64,000 bases of DNA from Isurus oxyrinchus (taxonomy: Eukaryota), in NCBI GenBank assembly GCA_026770705.1, contig JANJGN010000021.1, forward strand, positions 76,384,001-76,448,000, read 5' to 3'. A program made the position numbers and the translations under genes. Under the pieces are notes generated by a model. The model searched no databases. It saw only the letters and a list, made by a program, of their open reading frames with translations, and was not told the origin of the DNA. Of this stretch, positions 50,915-61,784 are shown one piece after another; the stretch's first letter is position 1, and the number at the start of each line of letters is the position of its first letter.

Positions 50915-51790
50915 CTTCTCAAACCCCTGCTTGGACGAAATTCCACATTGGCCCCAAGTCCCGAACCCTCCCTCGGGAGACGGAGCCCCACAGTGTGAGC
51001 TGCCTCGCGGAAATGCCCTCTGTGCCTTTAAGTTTGGCATGGAGGGGTTTCCTGTATGGGCTGCTGCTGCACACCCTTCACCTCCTCACCCTCGTCCGCT
51101 GTCCGGACAAGCCTTGGCATGCCCTGTTGCCATCTGGCAGCGGAGGTCCCCACTGGGGGCTCCTTACGCGGGAGACATCTCCCTTACCTTCAGGGACCTG
51201 GGGTGGAGAGTGTTACACACAGTAGTCCCGTACAACAGTAAGATGCATTCCCAAGAAACCTGCATTTTTTATGGTTTTGTGGAGTCTGTGGACCATGTGT
51301 ATATAGGGTGTTATAAATTGCGCTCTCTTTTTAGGTATTTAAAAAAATTGTTCCTTAATTTTTGGTTGCATTTCAGTCCCATGCTCCTAATCTTTGGGCA
51401 CCTGGTGCAGAGAGGGATGGGGAGGGAGGAGAACCACCTCGTGGGCCTGGCTGAAGTGACCATCAACAGATCTAGGCAGGGGGTGGTCGAGGGGGTTGTC
51501 TGACCTGACTGTCTGCCCTTCTTCCATGGCTACATTCACAGCCGGGTGTCCATAGAAGGGAACACACGGTGTCCACTGGTACAATTGAGGCCTTCCGTGA
51601 GCAGTGGGCACTACCGGGACTAGGGTGTATTCTCGACCCCGAGAATCACAGTTTGGTTTGATCTTTGTAAGTTTCCGTTGTGTTTTGTCTTTTTGTTGCA
51701 GTTTCCCTTTAAGGGGCTGTCCCCTTTATTTATTCACTTGATCTTTTGTTAATTTGCCCCCCTTTTTCTACTGGTTTAATCAAAAGAGCA
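50915..51790 (+). mobile_element. Tx1-like LINE 3' fragment (ORF2 C-terminal zinc-knuckle/zf-RVT region plus 3' UTR), frameshifted pseudogene
   Basis: Translation across frames: ...FLYGLLLHTLH...PW...DLGWRVLHTVVPYN...CIFYG.VESVDHVYIGC..L..LF.YL..L.LNFWLHFSP.LLIFGH...AEVTINRSR, which is typical of the TX1 149-kDa ORF2 C-terminus. It is followed by a T-rich 3' UTR ending ...taatcaaaagag. Confidence 0.85.
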
Positions 51791-52039
51791 TCCGAAGATT
51801 TTCTCTCACTGTTGTAACTATTGGTGGATCTCCAAACGGTGCAGGTTCTCCCGATGTATACACATTCACACAGACCCACCCACACATCAGACATGCTAGC
51901 TCTCATCACTTAATCATCAGAAACACCCCTCACTTGTGAACTCACGAGGGGGCTCTGAAATATCAGGGTTTCTGACAGATATTGAAAAATCACACCTTAC
52001 CCAGGCTGCTGCGTTCTGTTCTGCCCTCAATGGATCATG

Positions 52040-52285
52040 TAACAAAGATAGAAAAGATGGAGAGGGAGAAAGGAGTAGCTGTACTTATTGCATAACAACA
52101 GGCAGTAGGAAAACAGGACACAACTATCAGCAAGACCAACATCAATTCCATCTCGATAGATATAAAAGATCGATCACACTGAGAGGTATGGTCTACAGAC
52201 CAACTAATAGTGGAAAGGAGTTAGAGGAAAAATATACAGAGAAAATAGGGGATTGAGGGACAAACATAGAATAATCATCATTCAA
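52040..52285 (+). mobile_element. Degenerate CR1 LINE endonuclease (APE) domain fragment
   Basis: Reads KDRKDG..GVAVLI...SITLRGMVYRPTNSGKELEE...RIII, matching the CR1 ORF2 APE motifs RKDR..GGGVA / G.VYRPPNS. Confidence 0.6.
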
Positions 52286-52519
52286 ATACTAAACAAATGA
52301 CAGAAATACATCAGAGAATGTAATTTCCATCATTTACACCTTAGCAACAATTTGTGTTACTGACACAGAACATTGCTCTAGATAAAGAGTTTAACTTTGC
52401 ACAGATGGGAATCCTAAAGCTATTGATCTCAGTGCAAACTGGTCTATAGTACCAGGGGGTCTTTAAATAGAAATATTATTAACAATTTAACACTGCCCTA
52501 GTGTGATGTGAAATGCAAC

Positions 52520-53170
52520 AGTGTGAAGGCATTTTTACTGTGTCTCTAACCCCGTGCTGTATCTGCCCTGGGAGTGTTTGATGGGGACAGTGTTGAGGGA
52601 GTTTTACTCTGTATCTGAACCCGTGCTGTACCTGTCCTGGGAGTGTTAGGTGGGGACAGTATAGAGGGAGTTTTACTCTGTATCTGACCCTGTGTCAAAC
52701 CTGTCCTGGGAGTGTTTGATGGGAAAAGTATAGAGGGAGCTTTACTCTGTATCTGACCCCGTGCTGTACCTGTCCTGGGAGTATTTGATGGGGACAGTGC
52801 AGAGGGAGTTTTACTCTGTATCTGACCCCTTGCCGTACCTGCCCTGGGAGTGTTTGATGGGGACAGTGCAGAGGGAGCTTTACTCTGCATCTAACCCCGT
52901 GCTGTACTTGTCCTGGGACTGTTAGTTGGGACAGTGTAGAGGGAGCTTTACTCTGTATTTAACCCCATGCTGTACCTGTCCTGGGAGTGTAGAGGGAGGC
53001 TTATTATGTATCTAACCCCGTGCTGTACCTGCCCTGGGAGTATTTGATGGGGACAGTGCAGAGGGAGCTTTACTCTGTATCTGACACCTTGCTGTACCTT
53101 CCCTGGGAGTGTTTGATGGGGATGGTGTAGAGGGAGTTTTACTCTGTATCTGACCCCTTGCTGTACCTGC
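52520..53170. repeat. 69-bp minisatellite, about 9 copies (CTGTACCTGTCCTGGGAGTGTTTGATGGGGACAGTGTAGAGGGAGCTTTACTCTGTATCTAACCCCGTG)
   Basis: The TTTACTCTG(T/C)ATCT anchor recurs every 69 bp from ~52603 to ~52880, with two shortened copies near 52920-53010. From memory, this is a family widely dispersed in shark genomes. Confidence 0.92.
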
Positions 53171-54204
53171 ACTCGGCCTGTCCTATCCCTTTCGCAATGT
53201 GATCTGAACTTTCCGAAATTCTCGCATTAATCTCTTCTTCCCACTTCCCGCAATTCCCACATCTGCTCCCAGCCTCATTCCATCCCGGCCACTTTGTTTA
53301 CAGACAGACTGATCCTAAAGAGAAACAAGACAGGGATATGAAGCAGTGATCAATGCAGTCAGTTTTATTTCTGATTACAGCAGGAATACAGGGTCAGGAC
53401 TTAGGGGAGTGAAGCAATCAAACAGAGCCTATTTCCCAGGAACGAAGGTTTCATTCAGTGAGAACATGGAGAGCTCGGGCTGTTGGCGATTCGTCACCGG
53501 ATCTTTCACTTTTACACACGACAACATTGGGTGAAAAACGTGCAGCCTCCACGGATTCGGTGATCTGGGGCACAGTCTGAAACACACGTTCCTCCCCACC
53601 TCTCGCAAATGCTTTTGCCCCCAAAAAATCCAAATGAAGAATTAATTAATTGGCGATTCTGTATATGAGGGACGGGCGAGTAAACCGGAGGCTGAGTCTG
53701 TCAGTGTCACTGGGACTGACTCTGGAGCACACAGCAATATTAACTCTTTTATATTTAATAAACCATCACATCTCCCCCCTCAACCACCACCCACCGACCT
53801 GTACAGACTCACTCTGTCCTGACACCTCCAGTATCGCTCCCAATTCCCCATTCTGGACAGTGAGTGTCGGGGGAAGGGACTGAAGGAGTTCCCGATCCTG
53901 TTCTCACACACAGTCCACACACTCTCACTTTGCAGGAGGTAGCAGTGACTGGGAGCAGGAATCCTCCCTCTGTGATACCTGGGCACTGAGGTCAATTACA
54001 GAGTCTCCCATCTGGGTCAATGCTCCGGCTGAGATCCAACAACTCAGTCCCGCCCAGTAATTTGTGTTTTCATTGTTGGTCTGTTTGGATCAACTCCCAA
54101 CACTCACCTCGATCCACTCAGATACTGACGAGACCATCAGGCGATTTACCTGTGGAACTGGTTTACATTAATTTCTTCAATCTATGTTATAATTTCACAA
54201 TTAC

Positions 54205-54460
54205 CCGGAGTCATTATACTTCTGGCAGCAATATCTGCCTTCGCTCCGGTAGGACTGGACTGAGTCAGCACCAGAACTACTTGCACCCAGAGAAGTCCTT
54301 TCATCATCTTCAGAGGAGTTCCTCAGAGTCAGGATCAGAACGCCGGTGTAGAAATGTTCAGTATCTAATCTCGGAGTGTTTGCTGCTTTTATAATCACAC
54401 ACACAGGGAGTGTCTCTGCTTTCTGGTGATATCATTGGTAAAAGGTGTTTCCCTTTCTGC
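54205..54460 (-). other. Candidate promoter plus signal-peptide first exon (MMKGLLWVQVVLVLTQSSPTGAKADIAARSIMTP/G); alternatively a decayed Ig V-like segment
   Basis: On the minus strand: ISRE-like GAAAGGGAAAC (54457-54447), CCAAT (54438-54434), TATAAAA (54393-54387), gaagATGA at 54307, a hydrophobic leader, and a phase-1 GT donor at 54204. No convincing downstream coding exon was found. Confidence 0.3.
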
Positions 54461-54559
54461 TGCCTCCTCATTTCCATGATTGTAACATCCAGCTAAGCAC
54501 GACCTGCACAGCTGGTTCAGTGAACACTCGGAATGGCCCCCAGCAGAGCCTGCGTGGCT

Positions 54560-55060
54560 AGTGTTCCAGCTAATGGGATCAATTTATCTTTGTCTGCCTT
54601 ATCTAAACCTGTCATAATCCTGTACACCTCTATCAAATCTGCACTCAATCCCCTTTGATACAAGGAGAACAGCTTCTTCAAACAAATCTAGTAACTCAAA
54701 CCCCTCATCCATGGAACCATTCTGGTAAATCTCCTCTGCACCCTCTCAATGACCCTCACATCCTCCCTAAAGTGTGGTGACCAGAAATGGACACAGCATT
54801 CTATTTGTAGCCTTATCACTGTGGTATATATATTGATCATAGCCTACATGCTTTCAGTACCTCTAACTATGAAGCCCAAAATCCCATATGCTTTGCTAAT
54901 TACACTCTCAATATGTTCTGCTACCTTCAAAGATCTACATGCATCTACCTCCATATCCCTGTGCCTGCACACTGGTAAGAGTGGTGCCGTTCTGCCTATT
55001 ATTATCTCACCCCATCCCCTTTGCCAAAAATGCGTCACCTCACAAATCTGTATCTGCCTC
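54560..55060 (-). mobile_element. CR1 LINE ORF2 (RT C-terminal part), degraded and internally deleted
   Basis: The minus strand reads EWADKRQ..CEVTHF...RSLKVAEHIESVISKAYGILGFIVRG..., then CVHFWSPHFREDVRVIERVQRRFTRMVP.MRG...LFSL...LIEVYRIMTGLDKADKDKLIPLAG. These are hallmark CR1 motifs. Confidence 0.9.
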
Positions 55061-55458
55061 TTGTCTGCCCACTCCATGAGTCTATCTCCATCATCTTGTC
55101 TGCCTACTCCACGGATCTATCTCCATTGTCTTGTCTGCCTACTCCTCGGGTCTATCTCTATCCTCTTGTCTGCCCATTCCACGAGTCTGTCTCTATCCTC
55201 TTGTCTGCCCGCTCCATGAGTCTATCTCCATCATCTTGTCTGCCCACTCCACGAGTCTATCTCCATCGCCTTGTCTGCCCACTCTATGAGTCTATCTCCA
55301 TCATCTTGTCTGCCCGCTCCACGAGTCTATCTCCATCGTCTTGTCTGCCCGCTCCACGAGTCTATCTCCATCCTCTTGTCTGCCCACTCCTCGAGTCTAT
55401 CTCCATCATCTTGTCTGCCCACTCCTCAAGTCTATCTCCATCCTCTTGTCTGCCCACC
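55045..55458. repeat. 35-bp minisatellite, about 12 copies (TCTTGTCTGCCCACTCCACGAGTCTATCTCCATCN), derived from CR1 RT sequence
   Basis: TTGTCTGCC occurs at 55061, 55096, 55131 ... 55446 (exact period 35). The minus-strand unit encodes ..IDS/DRLVEWADK, contiguous with the adjacent CR1. Confidence 0.92.
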
Positions 55459-55459
55459 T

Positions 55460-55630
55460 TGACGGCATCATCCCGTGGAAGCTGACCTCCATCACCCTCT
55501 TCAGGTTCCTGGCCCTCCTGCACTTCATCCTCTGAGGAGCTTTCAACCTCTTCCATTTCTCCCGCTGGGTTCTCCCCTTTGCAGCACCAGGTTGTGAAGG
55601 GCACAACACACGACGGTGATGCAGGACACC
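55460..55630 (-). mobile_element. PIF/Harbinger (HARBI1-like) transposase C-terminal fragment
   Basis: The minus strand from 55629 reads VSCITVVCCALHNLVLQRGE, followed after a frameshift by the acidic tail EMEEVESSSEDEVQEGQEPEEGD. CCxLHN plus an acidic tail is the Harbinger DDE_Tnp_4 terminus. Confidence 0.8.
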
Positions 55631-57689
55631 CCATCTGTGCCTTCACCTCACCAGGAAGCATAGAAAGCTGATCAGCAAAATGAAACAACAAGGCAGCCAA
55701 GCGGTCTGCCGTCACATTCTAAGGAAAGGTGGAGAGCTCAGATTAACGATAAAACTGACAAAGCTACAGTACTCTTTTTGAGTCTGTATCTGCAACAAAA
55801 CTAATACAGAAATATCTCGATCGAGTTGCGCAGGTCACCACAACAGATCGATTTCTCCCAGAAGCCACCAACAGATATTGGGAATAGGTGGAATAATGGG
55901 ACCTGAAAGGTCTCCTACTGAATTTTTGTAACTTAAAAGAAATGAATTGATCTAAGTTTCAAGAGCTATTTGTGCTGAGGAGAAAGGGGGTACCCCTTGG
56001 GGTGGAGTTAGTGAACAGTGACAGGCAGGAGCAGAGGAAATGTGAGCTTTAGTCAGTTTGATTGTCCCTATAGGTGGAGCCTCCAAGATCCCTTTATTCC
56101 CCCCACTGCTACTTGAAGTTTCGTTTAGAGTTAAGTTCAATATTAAAAGAATATAAATACATACCTTTATATATGTCTTTGTTTGTGTGCAAGGAAACAT
56201 TTGTATGTGATCGTTAATGTGTTTTCTTCCCTAAACTGTCATTTGTGTGTGTAGTTCAGCGCTTTAATGTAGAAAGCTCCATATTAGATTAAAGGAAACG
56301 TGTACTCAAACATTCCAAAGTTTTGAGTATAAGATTTGAGTTGAGATTTCTGGAAAAAACTGCAATTTGAAAGTATTGTAAAGATAAAACAGGGTTTGCC
56401 TTTGTTTGAGATGAACCAACCTTTATACCATCCCTTGCAGAGTAGTAGGGAACAACCCTTATCACCAGCTTCCAAGTTGTTTGGGATTGATACATACAAA
56501 ATTACATTAGCTCATATGAGTTAGTATTCTTAAATTCTGAGGAAAAAAAATCACCTTTTGAAATTCAAAAGGATTCTAGGAAAACCAAAAGACATAAACA
56601 CACGGTCTAGGTGGTTCCAATGGATAAAAAGGGGTTTCTTTTGAAGAGATGAATTAAATATGAAAGGAAAGCTGCATTCCAACAGCACTGTAATTTGAAT
56701 TTGGGGCAATCTTGAGATGTAAGGTGCAGTGTAATTTTGAAGGTTGCTTTTGAATAACGAGGATGTGATCTAAGATAAATAATGTGTCAATAAACATATG
56801 GGACTTTTAATCTGGATACAAATAAATACACACGAGAAAGTGGTATTTTAATTTTGACAGTGTAAATTACAGTTCTTACAAAGTTCAAAAAATTGTAATT
56901 TGGTTCCCGATAAAATTCTCAAAAGGGAATTTTTATTTTAAAACGTTTGACAACAATTGACACTAATTCAAACACTGCAAGCTTTTTTTAATTGTCAGTC
57001 TGTTCCCATAATATAAAGTTAAGCTCAAGACCTTGTCAAAGTTTGGCAGAAATCCAACTTTTGGCTGAGTTAATGAATCTGGAATAATTCTAACAAAAGG
57101 GCCAGACACAATTTAGTGGGTTACTTTTGAGACAAAAAAAAAATGTTGTTTGGGAAGAAGATAAAGAAGCAAACATGTCAATGCCTGATTTCTGTTTTAA
57201 AACTGTTATGAGAATACTTTATTGGACTCTAAAGTCTCTCCAGACAACCTGAATAAGATAAGATGGTAGCTGTTGCACGTGTAAAATGGTATGAGGAAAG
57301 GATTAAGGGTAGGAGAAAGAGTTAGGGAAATACAAACTGTTTTAAGGGAATTGAATTTGATAATGTGGCCATCAACTGAGATATTGGAACCACACAGGGA
57401 GATAAGCAAAGATCTACAGACAGAGATCCCTGTTGACATGGAATAGTTAATATGGCTTAATGAGTAAGGAAACATTTTAAATGATCAAAACAATAGAGAA
57501 ACTGACCTCAAAAGAATCTTAGGATGATCATGGTCAGGAAAAAAAAACCTTAGAGGTAAAGCTATTCAGAATCTGTAGTTGAGGCAATTGAAGAATAAGG
57601 AGAAATAATACATAACAACAATTTACCACAAGATGGATACGGGTAAAGGGAAAGCTAGGAAAAGGCTAAATAGATGTATTAATGACTAT

Positions 57690-59600
57690 ATTAATGTGCC
57701 TGCGAGCTACAAAAACTAAGACCAATACAAGACTTAATCAAGGGAGGGCAACCATCTAAGGAGTGCATACAAGAGCTTGACTGGACCTGGAGTGTGAGAG
57801 AACACTTGCTGAGATTAAACAGCAGCTCACTACTGCACCAGCTTTGGGGCTCCCAGACTTGACCCGCCCTTTTCATATTTACTGTAATAACAACTTAGAC
57901 TATTATACGGCAGCAACACGGGGATCGCAAACGTCCCATGGCATACTATTCTAACAAACAGTCTCCATTGGCTGCAGGATTGGCCAGCTGTGTTCAGGCA
58001 CTCGATTGTGTCGCCTGGGCAGTAAAAGTCAGTGAACCCATAACGATGCTGGGAGAGATATTATTGCATACAGAACACACTCTGGTTCAAATATTAAACA
58101 CAGCAAGGCTTAAAACTGTATCAGATGCTCAGAGGGAAAGTTTGTTACTCCCCAAGAATGGTAGAATAACTATAGGAAGGAACGATGGAAATAACCCCGC
58201 AGGATTTATGAATATCGAAGGAAAGAACATGTATGTGATATACAAGGTGGCGATGAGCAGGTAGATAGGGTAAGAGAGCCTTTGAGAGAGGTGGACATGA
58301 CTCTCTATGTAGATGGATCCTGAAGAATAGTGAATGGGAATCCATGTACAGGATGGGCTATAGTGGAGGAGGGGGGAGGAGTGAGAGCGCAAGGGCGTTT
58401 ATCAGGAGACAAATCAGCTCAAGTAGCAGAACTCAGGGCCTTAATAGAAGCCCTAAAAATGGCAAAAGGAAAGAGGGTGAACATATACACAGACAGCCGG
58501 TATGCGTTTGGAGTTGACCACGACTATGCCAGACCATGGAGCAGGACAGGATTTGTCATCTCCAGTGGGCAGATAATACAACATGAAAGGCTAGAGAATT
58601 AATAGAAGTGATACAGGGACCTCAGGAAATAGCAGTGATAAAAAAAAATGCCCATCAGTAGATAGACACCCCAGAACAACGAGGGAGTAGCCAGGCTGAT
58701 AACACCGCACGGGGCATGACTGACGAGAAGGTGGACGAGACGATAGCCGCCATTACCAGGCGGAAAGGGGAATCCCAGAAATAAATATCAGTGACATTCA
58801 CAATGCGGCAGGAGAAGAATGGAAGGAATGGGAGGAATGTGGGGCAGAGAAGGATCAGGATGAGATTTGGCGAAAGGAAGGAAGGGTTATTGCTCTTCAG
58901 AGTATTAGACAGTATTGGCGGAGGATGTAATACCTAGATGGGGAGTGCCTATCCAGATGGATTCAGACCAGGGTACTCATTTTACAGAAAAGGTCATTAA
59001 GGAAACATGTAAACTCATGGGGATAAAACAGAAGTTCCACATTCCCTACCACCCGCAGAGCTCAGGAATGGTAGAAAGAGTGAATCGAACTCTAAAAAAT
59101 CTATAGCCAAAGCAATTCAAGAAATAGGGCACAGCTGGGCCACCATATTGCACCATAGGTGCATTTTGTTGCACTTTAGGACTACATCAAATAGGACTAC
59201 CGGGTTCACCTCATTTGAATTGATGACAGGAAGAGCCATGCATTTACCTGAAGGCACTACAGTAGGAGGAGGAGATGTAGGCCACTGAAAGGAAAAATAT
59301 AGAACTATGTAAGGGAATTAAGTAAGCAATTACACAAGTTGAGAAAGGAAGTTAGGGACAAACAAATGATTAGGGACATAGAAACAGATAAGCACAAAGA
59401 GCACCAGTGGACCCCCTCAGATGGGGACCAGGTTAATGGTCAAGATGAACCCCGAACAAACTGGGTTCACACCCAGATGGCAAGGACCTTACGAGGTAAT
59501 TATGACAGGTGATACGTGCACTTGTAAGATATGAAAATGGGAAATAAATGGAGGCATTACACACAGTTAAAGATATATGATGAATCACCAAGCAGTAACC
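57690..59600 (+). pseudogene. pol: Endogenous retrovirus pol remnant: RT connection/tether, RNase H, integrase core and C-terminal GPY; many stops, frameshifts and deletions
   Basis: IKQQLTTAPALGLPDLTRPF...HGDRKRPMAYYS (tether); LYVDGS...SAQVAELRALIEAL...VNIYTDSRYAFGV (RNase H); IPRWGVP..MDSDQGTHFT...HIPYHPQSSGMVERVNRTLK (rve); PRWQGPYEV. Confidence 0.93.
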
Positions 59601-59634
59601 CGGACAACGGGAGCTGATGTTAATGTCTCCACAG

Positions 59635-61784
59635 GTCTACAATCCTGGTCATGAGCGTGTCAGTACTGGTGTGGGAGGCACTGACCGTTAAGTCAACAAC
59701 GATATCTGCCTCCGCCCAGGACAAAACGCATTACTCCTCCGAGGAGGAATTGGGGAGTGGATAAAGAAGCCCAACGCCTGGATCACGGATCAAGCCACCA
59801 CACGCACACATCAGATGAACAATTGGGAACCGGACCTCACGTGTGGCAGCACAAAGGGTTGTTAGAGTAATTTATGCTTAACAGCACCAGGGCAGCCAGT
59901 CCAGCTAACACCCCTCGAATGTCAACAAGGGATCTTCACGGCGTGGTGGTGCATACTTGAAGGCAAGGAAAATGATAAATTGACAAATGTGCTCTTGAGG
60001 GTACGCCCCAGCGGGTTAGTACACACACGCAATAATATCTCACTAAGCATAAGCACAGACACGAGTGGCGGAGTAACAATAACTGGGATTTATAACAATA
60101 TGACTGGACTGGGTTGGTGGTATGGGGGATGTGAAATGCATGTGCCCCTTACCAGCTTTTCGGCAACAGACATTTAGGTGTATCAAGAGATTAATGTGAC
60201 CACCAGATGGACAGGCCTACCTCCCTTTGTTTGGGAATCTGGTCTTGAGGGATAGTATTGTCAAGGAACATATAAATATGTAGTAGAGAGGCATGATTAT
60301 TATGATACATGATGTTTTACATTGACTACATGTGGATATCAAAGACCCATTCACTGTCCAGATGTAGTAAGGGATAGTCAGGATAGGAAAGTCAAAACCA
60401 TTACTACATGATGTAACTATGGTCTCCCTGGAAGTGACATATATCTCGGCACTCCTGTCAGTATTGCATACGACTTGTCACAGCCACCAGAGTTCCATAA
60501 AATGGGCTAGAAGCCAACTGAAGAGGATAGTCAATGACTATAAATTTCGAATCGTCCCAGGAGTTAGAGCAAAGGCACAGGGTAGGTTAAAAAGAAGTAT
60601 ACTAGGAGATATAGGAGGGCTATTTGAGAGTTCCAATTCCATACTTAATTCAGGTCAGATTCACGACTTAAATGATTATGCCTCCTGGGTGGCCACTGAG
60701 ACTGCCAGAAGGCTGCACTACAGTGCGCACGGAACAGAGCATGCCCTGACTTGATTGATGGGGTAAAATCTGACATTGAAGATATCAGGTTCAGAACAAT
60801 CCCCCAACACATGTTTGAGTCAGTATACCAACTGAACCTCATAAATTTACGCAAGGATCAGCAGGAATTGGTGATTACACAACTTCAAGGTGGAGGAGAG
60901 GATGGAATCAAAAAATTCATCATGACCATTTCCCAAGAACATCATCCAAACGGGGCTTTCCAAGACAGCCATACGTTTGAGTCCCTAAGAATAGATAAAG
61001 GGGGGTAGGTAAACTGCTTAGGATACACGGGTACATCTCCTACATGAAAGACACAGTATTGATGAGCACTAGAGATTGTTGTACAGAAACAAGAAATTAC
61101 CTTGTGTGCTCATGTCAAACGCTGGAGGTATTTACAAATACTAATAAAGTCACATTCACCACATTACCAATTCAGGAAGCATTTAAGGCAATTCAGCTGC
61201 CCTCAATTCAATGGTGCTTCATGACCAGTGAGGCTGAGTTCCTTTAAGTGGACTTACTTTGCGCCACCAACTCAAGTTTTTGCCTACAGGTGACTGATCC
61301 TTTAACCATAGGAGACTTCCATTTGCCCGGCAGAACCATGAGATACTTGTTTAGCATTTGGTGGGATGACATATTGTTCACTGATCAAACTCCTGTCAGA
61401 ATAGCACGCCTAGTCATGCAGGAAGCAACAAGGATAGCTCAATTGTATGTAGAAGCTTCTAGAGAGCAAATTGTGAGGGGGCGTGTACAAGTGGATTTAG
61501 CCACCCATTCAGCCAGGAGGATAGCCCAATCAGCTACATCCTATGCAACGGTGGGAAGATTGATGAATTGGTGCGAGATTGTTAAAATGGGTATGACAAT
61601 AGTCACAGGAATCATGTTCTTATGGGCTGTCGGACTCTGCTGCTACCAACATAAAACCTGGAAAGGGACTCTCCAGGCACAGACAGCAACAAACCAAAGA
61701 TGCGTATCAGTTCTCCAACCTATACATACTCCAAGGGAGAGGACAGGAGAAGGGAAGCTTAGGTTATACAACCAGGCGGTTTAG
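59635..61784 (+). pseudogene. env: Endogenous retrovirus env remnant (signal region, SU, furin site, long TM subunit, membrane anchor)
   Basis: Lies between integrase and the PPT. There is an acceptor-like tgtctccacAG at 59634, then hydrophobic ILVMSVSVLVW. RLKR/SILGDIGGLF at 60584-60625 gives a furin site plus fusion peptide, followed by a Cys-rich ectodomain and a hydrophobic anchor MGMTIVTGIMFLWAVGLCCY at ~61587-61646. Confidence 0.8.

Noticed and set aside
50853-51503. 216-aa ORF as a host gene
   Set aside because: It is a frameshifted Tx1 LINE ORF2 remnant.
52546-53172. Repetitive 114-aa and 74-aa ORFs
   Set aside because: Translations of the 69-bp (23-codon) minisatellite.
53170-53335. 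Strong minus-strand acceptor (cttgtttctctttag) as the next exon for the 54.3-kb leader
   Set aside because: The phase-1 reading hits TAA after five codons, and the phase-0 reading gives no recognisable protein.
53800-54060. Plus-strand splice-like signals (GTGAGT at 53860, tttgcAG at 53935) with a faint butyrophilin-like start EVAVTGSRNPPSVIPG
   Set aside because: A stop follows immediately and no Ig Cys/Trp framework is present; likely chance.
54749-55715. Several 60-156 aa ORFs
   Set aside because: Antisense or shifted readings of CR1, the 35-bp minisatellite and the Harbinger tail.
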